64,000 nt of DNA from a virus (taxonomy: Duplodnaviria; Heunggongvirae; Uroviricota; Caudoviricetes): IMG/VR virus record IMGVR_UViG_2574180019_000006, one strand, 5' to 3'. Both the position numbers and the translations under genes were made by a program. The notes under the pieces are model-generated. The model did not search any database and had not been told where the DNA came from. It saw only the letters and a program-made list of their open reading frames with translations. Below are positions 37,806-47,273 of this stretch, piece by piece; the first letter of the stretch is position 1; every line of letters begins with the position of its first letter.

Positions 37806-37925
37806 CAGGGAAATTTTCAGAAACGGCGAGGAACGTATTCATGAGCCGACGGGGAACGGCCAGGATTTTTTCGGGAAACGGCTGCATTTGCCTTTGTGTA
37901 GAAAAAACATCGGGAAGCTGGTGGA
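37806..37925. repeat. Iteron-like tandem array 2 (agggaaatttt / agaaacggcgagg / ggggaacggccagg / cgggaaacggctgcat / gggaagctggtgg)
   Basis: Same GGGAAACGG-type core as array at 34247-34385, direct orientation, ~3.5 kb apart; single related unit also at ~35497-35513. Confidence 0.5.
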
Positions 37926-37929
37926 ATCC

Positions 37930-38360
37930 AACCAGCGGTTGTCGGACAGGTGAGCGGGGAAAATTATGATGACTTTCGTCACCTGAGACATCCAGATTTC
38001 TTTCGTAGCATAATCACATACGTGATTAAGTGGTGTGATTATGTGAAAAATCACGCGCACATAATACGCGAGCGGATACGGAACAAAACAAAATGCCGAT
38101 CCGCGCCGACAAATAAACGCGGATCATAAAGCAAGACTAAAAGCCAATGATTAACTATGCGCTATAACGCGTTTTAAGCGCGTTAATGTGTTAAGTAATG
38201 GGTATGTACTGGCAAGGATATAAAAGCGCGTCTATGGCGTTATTTTGGCGCTTATTTTTATGTTGTTGGAGTGAGTTAAAGACAATAAAAAACGCGCCAT
38301 CAATGGCGCGTTATTGTGGAAGTATTGGAAACGAAAAAAGCGCCCATAGTGGGCGCTCGA
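37930..38360. other. AT-rich non-coding region with multiple GC-cored hairpins (gcgccatcaatggcgc, gcgcccatagtgggcgc, acgcgttttaagcgcgt)
   Basis: No ORF; at least four related palindromes (another copy at ~38838-38855); upstream end of minus-strand gene block. Confidence 0.4.
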
Positions 38361-38362
38361 TT

Positions 38363-38593
38363 TTATTTGTGTAAACTGATTTTAAATCCCATTTCTACGA
38401 ACGCTTTTAACATTAAAAATATATCAGCGTCGTTCACGTCTGCTTTTTTTCGCTCCTGGTCGCTCAATAAGTCAATTTTGCGCGTCGTTTCATCTATAAG
38501 CTCGACTACACGCCCAGCGTAACCAGCGATCCCAGCGATGCGATTAACATAATATTCATTATGGACGTTAACGCCAGCGATAAGAACAAACAT
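38363..38593 (-). CDS. hypothetical protein (76 aa)
   Basis: Minus-strand ORF, last gene of minus-strand block. Confidence 0.4.
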   Translation of the reverse strand: MFVLIAGVNVHNEYYVNRIAGIAGYAGRVVELIDETTRKIDLLSDQERKKADVNDADIFLMLKAFVEMGFKISLHK

Positions 38594-38614
38594 GATTAAG
38601 CTCCTTAAAAAAAA

Positions 38615-38818
38615 TTAAATAGAATTTTGAAGTTTTCCGATTAATGCGCTTAAGCGTAAGTATTCACGTTTGCGCTTGCAATCTCGCTTGCTGTTAAGCA
38701 AATCAGAAAACGTAAAATTTAATTGGTCGCGTTGCGCGATCAAATCGTCGATTAATTCCAGTTTATAAGCGCGATAATTTGCGCGATATTCTGCGCGGAT
38801 CTTGTCATAGCTGACCAT
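38615..38818 (-). CDS. hypothetical protein (~67 aa)
   Basis: Internal ATG at 38818 preceded by aaggag; ORF track extends to 38863 through an upstream hairpin. Confidence 0.4.
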   Translation of the reverse strand: MVSYDKIRAEYRANYRAYKLELIDDLIAQRDQLNFTFSDLLNSKRDCKRKREYLRLSALIGKLQNSI

Positions 38819-38866
38819 CTTTAAAGCTCCTTTAAAGCGCCCATTGTGGGCGCTTGATTCCATTAA

Positions 38867-39526
38867 TTACGCTTTAAAAGCATCAGCTAAATAATTGTAG
38901 AAATCATTCTTGATAAAGCGATATTGCTGTGTACCAGCTTTGGCGCTCCCAGCTCCTTTGACTTTTTCAACAAGTCCGAGACGTTCGCAAAGATTGATCA
39001 ACTGGTTGGCTTGAGTATAGCCAGCGTCCAATTTAATTTCACACGCTTTTTTAGCTTCATTCATTAAATCGAAAACAGCGCCATTGGTGAACGTGTCGAT
39101 CTCGTCGTTAATCATATCGATTAAAGCGAATACACGAGATCCAGACATATCAGCGATGGAATAAATGCATTTACCAGATTTAATTGATTTAACCAGATAA
39201 ACCAGTTTTTCCAGAGAATAACTATTAGTCATTGCATCACGAAAAAATACTTCTGGCGCTTGTTTGCTTGCTTTAATCGCATAGTAGAAAACAGAGCACA
39301 ATTTTTCGTCTTCTACAGCGTTTACAACGTTGTTGATGAAGTAAGCTAGTTTAGTGGTCGCAGCTTGCATATTTGCTTTGTCTGCTTTGGTGTGCGTACC
39401 ATTTTTATAATGTTCGTTATATGTTTGAGTTGCCAGATCTGCTTTTTCGCGCAGCTCGTCGGATACAATAGATGCAGCTTCAATGATGGACTTTTTAGAA
39501 ATGATAATGTTAGCCATGATGGACAT
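38867..39526 (-). CDS. hypothetical protein (~216 aa)
   Basis: Minus-strand ORF; probable start at second ATG (39517) 8 nt after aagg. Confidence 0.5.
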   Translation of the reverse strand: MSIMANIIISKKSIIEAASIVSDELREKADLATQTYNEHYKNGTHTKADKANMQAATTKLAYFINNVVNAVEDEKLCSVFYYAIKASKQAPEVFFRDAMTNSYSLEKLVYLVKSIKSGKCIYSIADMSGSRVFALIDMINDEIDTFTNGAVFDLMNEAKKACEIKLDAGYTQANQLINLCERLGLVEKVKGAGSAKAGTQQYRFIKNDFYNYLADAFKA

Positions 39527-39812
39527 CCTTACGAAAAATTAAAATGAATTTATTTTTTACTGTCGTTAGCTAGCTCGCTTTCGACGAGTTCAATTATCGA
39601 TACGTGAAAAAAGATTGCAAGTATTTTTTTTAAATTTTCTGCAGGGATGAAAGTCCTAGAAATAAAAGCGAGATCGTCGAAGGTGTTCCCTAAATAAATA
39701 ATCAATTCGGGCCTTTAACCTTATATATTTATACGGAGTGGCATCGAAAGAGTTTTAAATGAATGGCATGTAAAATAATAACCGGACTTAGCCGGTTATT
39801 ACCCTTATAGAT

Positions 39813-40337
39813 TTAAAATGGAAGGATTCGTTCAACCCAATCGAAGAAAACAAGTATTTTTCTGCCGTCTTCTAACTTAAGAGTGACCTGGCAAGCATCA
39901 ACGCCTCTTGACACCCCTTCTATTTCACGACCGTCTGTCATGTAGACCCTTATAGATTGGTCGTTTTGATAAGCCTTGCGACATATCGCAAAAAAGTCAC
40001 GGCGTGATGGCTGATTGTCAACATAGTCTGGATGTATTGTTAGCCTACCTTTGAACTCGCGAGCAATGTCATCGATTACACCTGATTCAATTGTGCTAAT
40101 GCGCTCAAGTGGGAGTCTTATACGATTTTCTTTATCATATGGAATCGGGCATAAATCTAGCTTATTGCGTGAAGGCATTGTCCCCTGAACGTACATGCAA
40201 AACACCTGACCGTCTTCAAGCGTGACTCTTACAGGAATGTTGTTCTTCCGCCAGAACATAAGTATGTTCTCAGCATGTTCGTAGTCTCGCGGCCAGACTT
40301 CAGCCGGTATGCCGTAGGTGATGTCCAATGTTCTCAT
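39813..40337 (-). CDS. hypothetical protein (174 aa), AT-rich cassette
   Basis: ATG overlaps stop of upstream gene (ATGA); RBS aagag; internal duplicated beta-rich segments (VRVTLEDGQVF / VTLKLEDGRKI). Confidence 0.5.
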   Translation of the reverse strand: MRTLDITYGIPAEVWPRDYEHAENILMFWRKNNIPVRVTLEDGQVFCMYVQGTMPSRNKLDLCPIPYDKENRIRLPLERISTIESGVIDDIAREFKGRLTIHPDYVDNQPSRRDFFAICRKAYQNDQSIRVYMTDGREIEGVSRGVDACQVTLKLEDGRKILVFFDWVERILPF

Positions 40338-40948
40338 TCTGATACTCTTAGAGGTGTTTTCAGCAATCCAAATTTAAATTCTTTATTACCAACGACCAAG
40401 AAGGGGACTTCAACATAGATTTTTTTATCGACGGATTTAGAGTTCGCTGTTTTCTTGATGTCGCGAACGATACGTTTTGTTGTGTTTTCATCAATAAACA
40501 ATACCTTCCCACTGGTATTCCCTTCAGTCTTAGCATAAGTGACAATAGGTTCTTCATTGCCAACTCTGATGTTCACTTGGCAACCCGTTGTAGCCATTTC
40601 ATCACAATAGAGTGTACCGTCTTGAATTTCTAAAACAATTCCAGATGGCTTCATGGCCTCGTTAGAGCTTACATTAGCGTTTTCTGGTACTGCGGTCCCG
40701 TTAATTTGCAACCGTAATCTTTCTGTTCCTGCATGAAGTATTGTTTCTTCTGCGTTATCTGAGAATCTATACCAGACTGGTTGAATCAGACCTCGTGATT
40801 TGTATTTTAGTACGTCTTCAGAAGTATACATGCTGTACGTTTTTTGCATGTCAGAGACGAAATCTGATAATGCGTTGGCGGAAAACGCCGGGAGGCATAT
40901 ACAAGCAAGGAGTAACGAAAGTTTCATTTTCATATCATGATAATCCAA
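40334..40948 (-). CDS. putative secreted or lipoprotein (~200 aa), AT-rich cassette
   Basis: N-terminal MKMKLSLLLACICLPAFSA signal-like segment (possible lipobox LLAC or SPase I site AFSA); ORF track begins at TTG. Confidence 0.5.
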   Translation of the reverse strand: MDYHDMKMKLSLLLACICLPAFSANALSDFVSDMQKTYSMYTSEDVLKYKSRGLIQPVWYRFSDNAEETILHAGTERLRLQINGTAVPENANVSSNEAMKPSGIVLEIQDGTLYCDEMATTGCQVNIRVGNEEPIVTYAKTEGNTSGKVLFIDENTTKRIVRDIKKTANSKSVDKKIYVEVPFLVVGNKEFKFGLLKTPLRVSE

Positions 40949-41437
40949 TTATTTAACATCACACTTTCTAAGTTTTTCTATTTGTTCTAATTTTTCATGA
41001 TCATCATTTAGATTTCCTTTGACTATCTCCGTTTCAAGTTTGCTGATTAGCATGTTAAGTGCGTTGTAGTTATTGCATTTTACTTTGTAGGCGTAGTATG
41101 ACCTTGTCCCTGGTTTTTGTACACCCATATCATTAAAGTTAGAGCTTAAAGTATAACCTTCAAGTTCAACCCCTTTTATTGTTGGAAGAATTATATTTAA
41201 TGGTTCTAATTTAAATGGGTAGATATAAATATGTGATATGAAGTACTCTTCTGAAGAGATTTTCTTCATGTCTTTTGTGATTGAAACTGAATATTTACGG
41301 TCCCGAGCGATATAAAATTTTGTACATTTGTACGGCTCTAAGTTGAATAGATAATATCTGTCTTTAAAAAGAACATCTTTTCCATGTGATATTTTATGTC
41401 GTAAAGAGTTAATTATTTTGTTTATAGAAATACTCAT
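40949..41437 (-). CDS. hypothetical protein (162 aa), AT-rich cassette
   Basis: Tightly packed with neighbours; Lys/Asn/Ile-rich composition. Confidence 0.5.
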   Translation of the reverse strand: MSISINKIINSLRHKISHGKDVLFKDRYYLFNLEPYKCTKFYIARDRKYSVSITKDMKKISSEEYFISHIYIYPFKLEPLNIILPTIKGVELEGYTLSSNFNDMGVQKPGTRSYYAYKVKCNNYNALNMLISKLETEIVKGNLNDDHEKLEQIEKLRKCDVK

Positions 41438-41582
41438 CTACAGTATCCGACCTTAGTTATCAATTGAAAAGCCTACAAATATCGTTCAGCCAATCAAGAA
41501 ATTTTTTCAGCCGGAGGTATGTACTTCAAAAAATGTGATGAATGTCACATGCAGGTGCTCTCATACACCTGCATGTAGACTA

Positions 41583-42182
41583 TTAATCATTCAATAATCT
41601 ATATTTTCTTTTGATTAAATCTTCACCTTTTTTGGTGAACACAAAACCAAATTGCGATTTTTTGTTCAGCCTAAGGACTCTGTTATCCAACGCATCGGTT
41701 GATGGAATCAATGTTTGATCATCTATCCAATTAAGTAGCGTAAGAAAGTTCAGCAGCCTCAACGTTGTTGTGCGAAGCTCTTTCGATATATTTTCAATGC
41801 TGGCAATTCGTCTTTCTTTTTTCTCAGGTGGTACAGATAATTGTTCTTGAGGTTTCGTGGGTAGATAATCAATTTCGTTTGCTGAATCGAATGATATGTG
41901 TGGCGTAATTTTGCTAAAAAAGCCTTTCGCTGACTCACTTGATAATAAACCAGACCTATTCATATCGTTTGTTATTCTGTACAGGAGTGGACTGTGTTTC
42001 ATTTCAGGATAACGTTGATAAAAGTTAAGCAATTCAAAAGCAGCATTAGCACCAACAAGAAAATCAGAAGGATCGCTGACTTTCCAGAAAGAATGATTTT
42101 TCTTAGCGCCAGTGGTGTCAACAAATGATAATTCTTTTAACCAACTCATGATGTGCTCCTTTCTAACAAGTGAGCACATCAT
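41583..42182 (-). CDS. hypothetical protein (~188 aa from ATG 42149), AT-rich cassette
   Basis: Strong RBS aaggag 6 nt before ATG 42149. Confidence 0.5.
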   Translation of the reverse strand: MMCSLVRKEHIMSWLKELSFVDTTGAKKNHSFWKVSDPSDFLVGANAAFELLNFYQRYPEMKHSPLLYRITNDMNRSGLLSSESAKGFFSKITPHISFDSANEIDYLPTKPQEQLSVPPEKKERRIASIENISKELRTTTLRLLNFLTLLNWIDDQTLIPSTDALDNRVLRLNKKSQFGFVFTKKGEDLIKRKYRLLND

Positions 42183-42214
42183 AGAATTAGTAGATAGGGG
42201 GTAAATATGAAATG

Positions 42215-42493
42215 TTACGGCAACCTGCTCAGTATTTCCTCTAGATCTTTTTTTGTCATATTGGAGTTCTCATAGATGCGCATGATTTTCTCACGCGTCT
42301 TAGCGGAAACCCCAACGGCAGATGTGACTTTGTCAAATTCAGCCATAGTCATCGTCTCCAGAATGGCATTGATAACTTCAGCCTTAGACATCTTGATTTT
42401 TTTCTCTTTGAGTTTTATTTGAAATTTTCCAAGTTTTTCATTGGCCTTATCAGACAATGCCACTTGGCAATAAGTTGTTTTCTTTTCGCTCAT
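42215..42493 (-). CDS. hypothetical protein (92 aa)
   Basis: Starts 2 nt after helicase stop (coupled). Confidence 0.4.
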   Translation of the reverse strand: MSEKKTTYCQVALSDKANEKLGKFQIKLKEKKIKMSKAEVINAILETMTMAEFDKVTSAVGVSAKTREKIMRIYENSNMTKKDLEEILSRLP

Positions 42494-42495
42494 AA

Positions 42496-44055
42496 CTAAT
42501 CTCGTTTCAGAACTCCAAAATCGAATGCGCCATCAACAGGCAATACACCTTCTGCAAAGCCAGGTGTGGTGTCGATGATGTGTTTTCGCTCATAAGAGTG
42601 AGACAACAGGTATTTGTTGCTAATGTCAATGAAATCAGTGATAAAACACACGTTTGCCTGATTCTTCTTGGCTCGTAAGCCACGACCGACACGTTGTCTC
42701 ATTTCAACTTCTGCTTTCCCACCACCAGCAAGAATGACCGCACCAACGCTTGGCACATCAACACCGACATCCAGAATAGTCGAGCCTATTAAAACATCTA
42801 TGTCGCCAGACGCTAAACTGTTCAGCTTTGCTTGCCTTGTCGACTGGTTCGATTCCCCATAAATGAAGTCAACTCTAAGGCCGGACTCTTTCATCATTTC
42901 CATCAGGATTTGCCCGTGGCGTTTAAGACGAACCAGAGTCATACAATTGAGAGAATGTTGCTTATAGAGCAATGCTTCGCGAACAATGGCCTCATTACGT
43001 CCCAAATTATACACGATCCCCAACTGATAAGCCTTTTGGTAGGCAGTGCTCATACCTACTCTAAAATTGAGGTGTTTGTTGGCAAGTTCTGCCTTGATTC
43101 TGGTCTCGTCCGGCTTGTAGGCAACTTTATGATAAAGGAAGTATGGCTTTGCCAGAATGCCTCTATCAATCAGGTACTTTTCCGTGACTTTTATTTCAAT
43201 TCGCCCGGCCACTGCCATCAGACGCATGTTGGCTTCCGTAGAATCCTTCATGAACGGCGTTGCCGTAAGCGCCAGGCGATAGTCTGCGTTCGCACATAAT
43301 CTGGCAATGTCATAGAAATTAGAGCCTGAAGACTCATGCGCCTCTTCCAGAATAAGAAGAGAGACACTTGAAAGGAAGCGTTTCACCAAGTCCCGACGTT
43401 TGAGGTGGTAGCTCTTCTTATCTGGAGTTGCATCGCGTGGTGGTTCTTCAAGGAAACTTGCCAGAGTTTGAACTGTAGCGACGTTGATATGTCGTGATAC
43501 CTGGAACTCACCCGAGCCAATGACTCCAACCTTTTGGTCTTTTAACCACGGTTCGCCATTTTCGGCGCGGTAGTCGATGGATCTCTGGAAGTTTTCGGCC
43601 ATCTGAAACATCAGAACAGAGCGGGTTGTTAAAAATAATGTCATTCGACCGATACGTGCAGCTGCTTTGCAGGCAACATTAGATTTCCCGCCACCAGTAG
43701 CGATCTGCGCAATCATCATTCCCTCTCGAACCAGTGTTTCCACAGTCTGATCCTGATATGCATAATCAGGATTGTATGGGAATGGGTTGACCGCCGGATT
43801 TGGCTTTCCAAGCGCCGGAGCTTTGTCTTTGCGGATATGAACACATTTGATGCCCGCCTTGTTCAAGTTCGCCGCTACAGGCTTGGCAAAGCCAGCAGGG
43901 AACGAGTTTTTACTCCAGTTGAACATCGTGCTTGTGCCCTTCCAGTCGCCAGTCTCGACTTCGTAGCTCAACATCTGTTGCACCAGTTGCTTTACCTTGT
44001 CATCTGCGCCAGAAATAAGTGCATTTACTGCGTTAGATACAATCCGAACAGTCAT
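42496..44055 (-). CDS. Superfamily 2 DNA/RNA helicase (DEAH-like)
   Basis: Motif I ATGGGKS, motif II LEEAHE, motif III TATP, motif VI QRVGRGLR; 519 aa; RBS aaggaaagagg. Confidence 0.75.
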   Translation of the reverse strand: MTVRIVSNAVNALISGADDKVKQLVQQMLSYEVETGDWKGTSTMFNWSKNSFPAGFAKPVAANLNKAGIKCVHIRKDKAPALGKPNPAVNPFPYNPDYAYQDQTVETLVREGMMIAQIATGGGKSNVACKAAARIGRMTLFLTTRSVLMFQMAENFQRSIDYRAENGEPWLKDQKVGVIGSGEFQVSRHINVATVQTLASFLEEPPRDATPDKKSYHLKRRDLVKRFLSSVSLLILEEAHESSGSNFYDIARLCANADYRLALTATPFMKDSTEANMRLMAVAGRIEIKVTEKYLIDRGILAKPYFLYHKVAYKPDETRIKAELANKHLNFRVGMSTAYQKAYQLGIVYNLGRNEAIVREALLYKQHSLNCMTLVRLKRHGQILMEMMKESGLRVDFIYGESNQSTRQAKLNSLASGDIDVLIGSTILDVGVDVPSVGAVILAGGGKAEVEMRQRVGRGLRAKKNQANVCFITDFIDISNKYLLSHSYERKHIIDTTPGFAEGVLPVDGAFDFGVLKRD

Positions 44056-44100
44056 AAACCTCTTTCCTTAGTGCCTTTTGTATGTTATTTGGCTATTATA

Positions 44101-44121
44101 ATAAGTAAGTGATTACTTAAT
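44101..44121. promoter_or_regulatory. Palindrome ataagtaagtgattacttaat in divergent promoter region
   Basis: Recurrent palindromic element family between divergently transcribed helicase and ParB-like genes. Confidence 0.35.
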
Positions 44122-44818
44122 GGATTGTAGCAATAAAATGGATGTAAAAATCACGATTTTGCAGGTTGATGTTGCCAACCTTCGCCCGAATACCTGGAAC
44201 ACCAATTCGGTTGGTGCGCAGAATTTTGAAAAACTGAAAGGTTCTATCGAAAAATTGGGCTTTTTTAAGCCAATTTTGGCTCGTGAACTTGAAGATGGAT
44301 TTTTTGAAATCCTCGGCGGCGAACATCGCTGGCGTGCCGCTATTGAGCAAGGAATTTCAACGGTTCCGGTGCTTTCTGTGGGCAAAATTAGCGATGTCGT
44401 AGCTAAACAGATGTCACTGGTGGACAACGAGCGATACGGTGAAGACGACCAAATCGCATTGCAACGCTTCATTGAAGAAATTCAGTCAGAGCTTGACTAT
44501 CAACTGTCTGAAATCGCCCCGTATGACGACGAAATCTCGATGGTTTTAGCAAAAGAGGCGGCAATCGACCTTGAAGCACTGGAGGCGTTGTCTCGTGGTA
44601 GTGATGAGCCTGTCGATACCGACAAACGAGAGAAAACCGAACGTGTGGGTGCGGAACATCAGACCATGCGCTTCAAAGTAACTTTCGATGCGTCAGATCG
44701 TGTTGCAGAAACCATAAAAAACATCATCAAAGAGCAGGCTATTAACACCGGTAATGAAATGGAGAACGCTGGTGAGGCTCTGGTGTGGCTGGTTGACTAC
44801 TACAAGGAGCGTATGTAA
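44120..44818 (+). CDS. ParB-like N-terminal nuclease-domain protein 1
   Basis: ParBc motif region ILGGEHRWRAAIEQG; 232 aa. Confidence 0.6.
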   Translation: MDCSNKMDVKITILQVDVANLRPNTWNTNSVGAQNFEKLKGSIEKLGFFKPILARELEDGFFEILGGEHRWRAAIEQGISTVPVLSVGKISDVVAKQMSLVDNERYGEDDQIALQRFIEEIQSELDYQLSEIAPYDDEISMVLAKEAAIDLEALEALSRGSDEPVDTDKREKTERVGAEHQTMRFKVTFDASDRVAETIKNIIKEQAINTGNEMENAGEALVWLVDYYKERM

Positions 44819-45486
44819 TGACCAAAAAGTTTGAAATCGTATATCGCGACCCGGCAGATCTTATTCCCTATGAGATGAATGCCAAAAAGCATGATGAACA
44901 GCAGATCCGAGATCTAGCCGCAGCCATTAAAAAGCGCGGATTTGACCAGCCAATTACGGTCGATAAGAACGACGTAATTATTACTGGCCACGGCCGCCGT
45001 GAGGCTGCAATTTTTGCTGGACTTGAGCGCGTACCGGTTATTGTTCGCGATGATCTCAGTGATGACGAGGTTCGTGCGAAGCGCCTTGAAGATAACCGAC
45101 TTGCCAGCATTGATTACGATGCAATTAAGCTACAGAAAGAGCTTGAGTCGCTTGTTCTGGACGATATCGAGGTTTTCGGCTTTGAAGAGCGTGAGTTGAA
45201 TGTTCTCGTTGGCAGTATGACAGAAGAAATGGACACCGACTCGCTAGTTATCGATCTTGGCGAAGAAACTAAACGACAGAAGGATGAACACACCGAGATC
45301 AGTCGTGAAGTTGCAGCGGAAGAAGTACGTGTTGTCGACGTATTGGGCTTTAAAACGCTCCCTGCTGGCTCTGCCATTGTTGTTGGTGATTTGCTTGCCC
45401 ACATGGAAGAAATGACGGGAGAAAGCGGGGTAGACGCATTTGTGGCATATGCGGAGAAGATCTCTTCCGGGGAGATGGCTGCATGA
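44818..45486 (+). CDS. ParB-like N-terminal nuclease-domain protein 2
   Basis: ITGHGRREAAIFAGLERVPVIV ParBc motif; RBS aaggagcg. Confidence 0.65.
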   Translation: MTKKFEIVYRDPADLIPYEMNAKKHDEQQIRDLAAAIKKRGFDQPITVDKNDVIITGHGRREAAIFAGLERVPVIVRDDLSDDEVRAKRLEDNRLASIDYDAIKLQKELESLVLDDIEVFGFEERELNVLVGSMTEEMDTDSLVIDLGEETKRQKDEHTEISREVAAEEVRVVDVLGFKTLPAGSAIVVGDLLAHMEEMTGESGVDAFVAYAEKISSGEMAA

Positions 45487-46121
45487 GCAAATACATCATC
45501 AACGTATCGTTTCAGACACGCGTAAATAAAACCACGCGCACGTTGGAAATCGCTGAGTCGTTCGGGCTTGGCCTGGACGAAAAAGAGTGGACGCTTTACG
45601 ACAATCTGGAGCTGGAAGTGAAGCAGGGCGATGTGGTGTACATTACCGGCCAATCCGGTTCCGGCAAATCCGTTGTGCTGCGCGAGCTGCAACACCAGAT
45701 GAAGGATGAAGGGCTATCTGTGGCCTCCATCGATGATTTTACCTTCGATAATGAGGTTAACGTCATTGACCAACTGGGCAAAACTACCAGTGATGCGCTT
45801 GGGTTGTTATCTATGGCTGGTCTGAACGATGCATATCTGTTTGTTCGCAAGCCTTCTGAAATGTCAGACGGTCAGAAATATCGTCTCAAGATTGCCAAAC
45901 TGATTGAGTCAGGCGCTAAAGTGTGGGCTGCTGACGAGTTCGGCGCTGTTCTCGACCGTGTAACCGCTCAGGTTGTGGCATCTAACCTCCAGCGTGCCGC
46001 TCGAAAGGTTGGTGCGACGGTAATGGTGGCGACGACTCACGAAGACCTGAAGAACGCGCTGCGCCCGGATATGCAGATCACCAAGCACTACAAAGAACGC
46101 GTGAAGGTGGAATATGCCTGA
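45483..46121 (+). CDS. ABC-type ATPase (stand-alone nucleotide-binding domain)
   Basis: Walker A GQSGSGKS, signature-like MSDGQKYR, Walker B WAADEFGAVLD, H-loop ATTHED. Confidence 0.6.
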   Translation: MSKYIINVSFQTRVNKTTRTLEIAESFGLGLDEKEWTLYDNLELEVKQGDVVYITGQSGSGKSVVLRELQHQMKDEGLSVASIDDFTFDNEVNVIDQLGKTTSDALGLLSMAGLNDAYLFVRKPSEMSDGQKYRLKIAKLIESGAKVWAADEFGAVLDRVTAQVVASNLQRAARKVGATVMVATTHEDLKNALRPDMQITKHYKERVKVEYA

Positions 46122-46368
46122 TTTGAAGATCGTAGAGCTGAAGCCATCGAAAGAGACTGATAACAACAACGTGGAAGTCATCCGCCTGCTGGAAGAAGCA
46201 CTTCAGCACGCCAGAGAAGGAAAAAGCCAGAGCCTGGCGCTGTTGATGATCAACAACGACGGCAGTGTTCTTGATTGCTGGCATAACGGCGGGCGCCCGT
46301 ATGTCATGGTAGGGGCGATGGAGTCTCTTCGCCTGGATTTCATCAATGCCAATATCGAGCGCAGGTGA
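46114..46368 (+). CDS. hypothetical protein (84 aa)
   Basis: RBS gaaggtgg; operon-coupled. Confidence 0.4.
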   Translation: MPDLKIVELKPSKETDNNNVEVIRLLEEALQHAREGKSQSLALLMINNDGSVLDCWHNGGRPYVMVGAMESLRLDFINANIERR

Positions 46369-46373
46369 TCGAG

Positions 46374-47264
46374 ATGGCAGATATCATCATCAAACGCTAC
46401 CGCCCTGAAGAGTTTCCGCGTCATCTGGACTTTCTGGAGCGAATGACTGTCACAAAGGGAACTGTAGAGGACTGGCACGCTCTTAAATCGCTTCACTACA
46501 AAACAGACGGCAAACCTTTCGCGCCAACATACTATCGCTGCGAACTGGATGACCGTCTGGTGGGCGTCGTGGTTATGGCTTACCCGAAACTTCTGCTGGC
46601 ACCTCGCCATCGCATGTTTCCTAAGTTGAAACCAACTACCAATACCACCGTGGCTAACCAGTACTGGGGCCGGTACGTGAATAACAACTTTGCGGTGATC
46701 AGCCGCTCAGTTGTGGATACTCAGTACCGTGGCGTAGGCGTCTCTTATCGAATGATTAACCTGGTTAGCAGGATGCATGACCGGCCAATCATTGAGATCC
46801 AGTCATCGATGAGCAAATACAATCCCTTCGCCATGAAAGCAGGGTTTAAGTTCATCCGCCCTGAGCGACCGAAGAGCTATGAAAGTGCACTGCGTGTGTT
46901 CCAGCGCCATTTCCGCTCCGACCCGGGTGATAACGAGGCGATCGTCAAAGAGTTGTTCGCTATGAGCGAGTCTCGTCGTCGCCGTGCACTGCGTGATCTG
47001 GTGGCGGACTACCACAAGAACAGTTCCCTGGCAAAAGCTGGGCGGAATCGTGGCACGACGATTCAGGACATTGCCGACAGTCTGGTGGACGAGGCCAGCA
47101 TTGTGAAGCTGCTCAAGGACATTCACAACCTGAGCTTTACGTCTCCGTTGTATGGTGTGTATCGAAACCCTGACTTTGGTCGTCGACTGCCTGACACGCT
47201 GCCACTGCTGGCATTCGACAAACAACCTTTGGATAAACCGTTAGAAATTGCTTTACCGGCATAA
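46374..47264 (+). CDS. putative GNAT-family acetyltransferase-like protein
   Basis: Motif A-like VVDTQYRGVGVSYRMINLV and motif B-like NPFAMKAGFKFI; ATG 46374 after aggtga (ORF track starts at GTG 46365). Confidence 0.45.
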   Translation: MADIIIKRYRPEEFPRHLDFLERMTVTKGTVEDWHALKSLHYKTDGKPFAPTYYRCELDDRLVGVVVMAYPKLLLAPRHRMFPKLKPTTNTTVANQYWGRYVNNNFAVISRSVVDTQYRGVGVSYRMINLVSRMHDRPIIEIQSSMSKYNPFAMKAGFKFIRPERPKSYESALRVFQRHFRSDPGDNEAIVKELFAMSESRRRRALRDLVADYHKNSSLAKAGRNRGTTIQDIADSLVDEASIVKLLKDIHNLSFTSPLYGVYRNPDFGRRLPDTLPLLAFDKQPLDKPLEIALPA

Positions 47265-47273
47265 GGATTTGCC

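Noticed and set aside
45114-45695. 193-aa minus-strand ORF
   Set aside because: Antisense to the ParB-like and ABC ATPase genes, which carry clear motifs.
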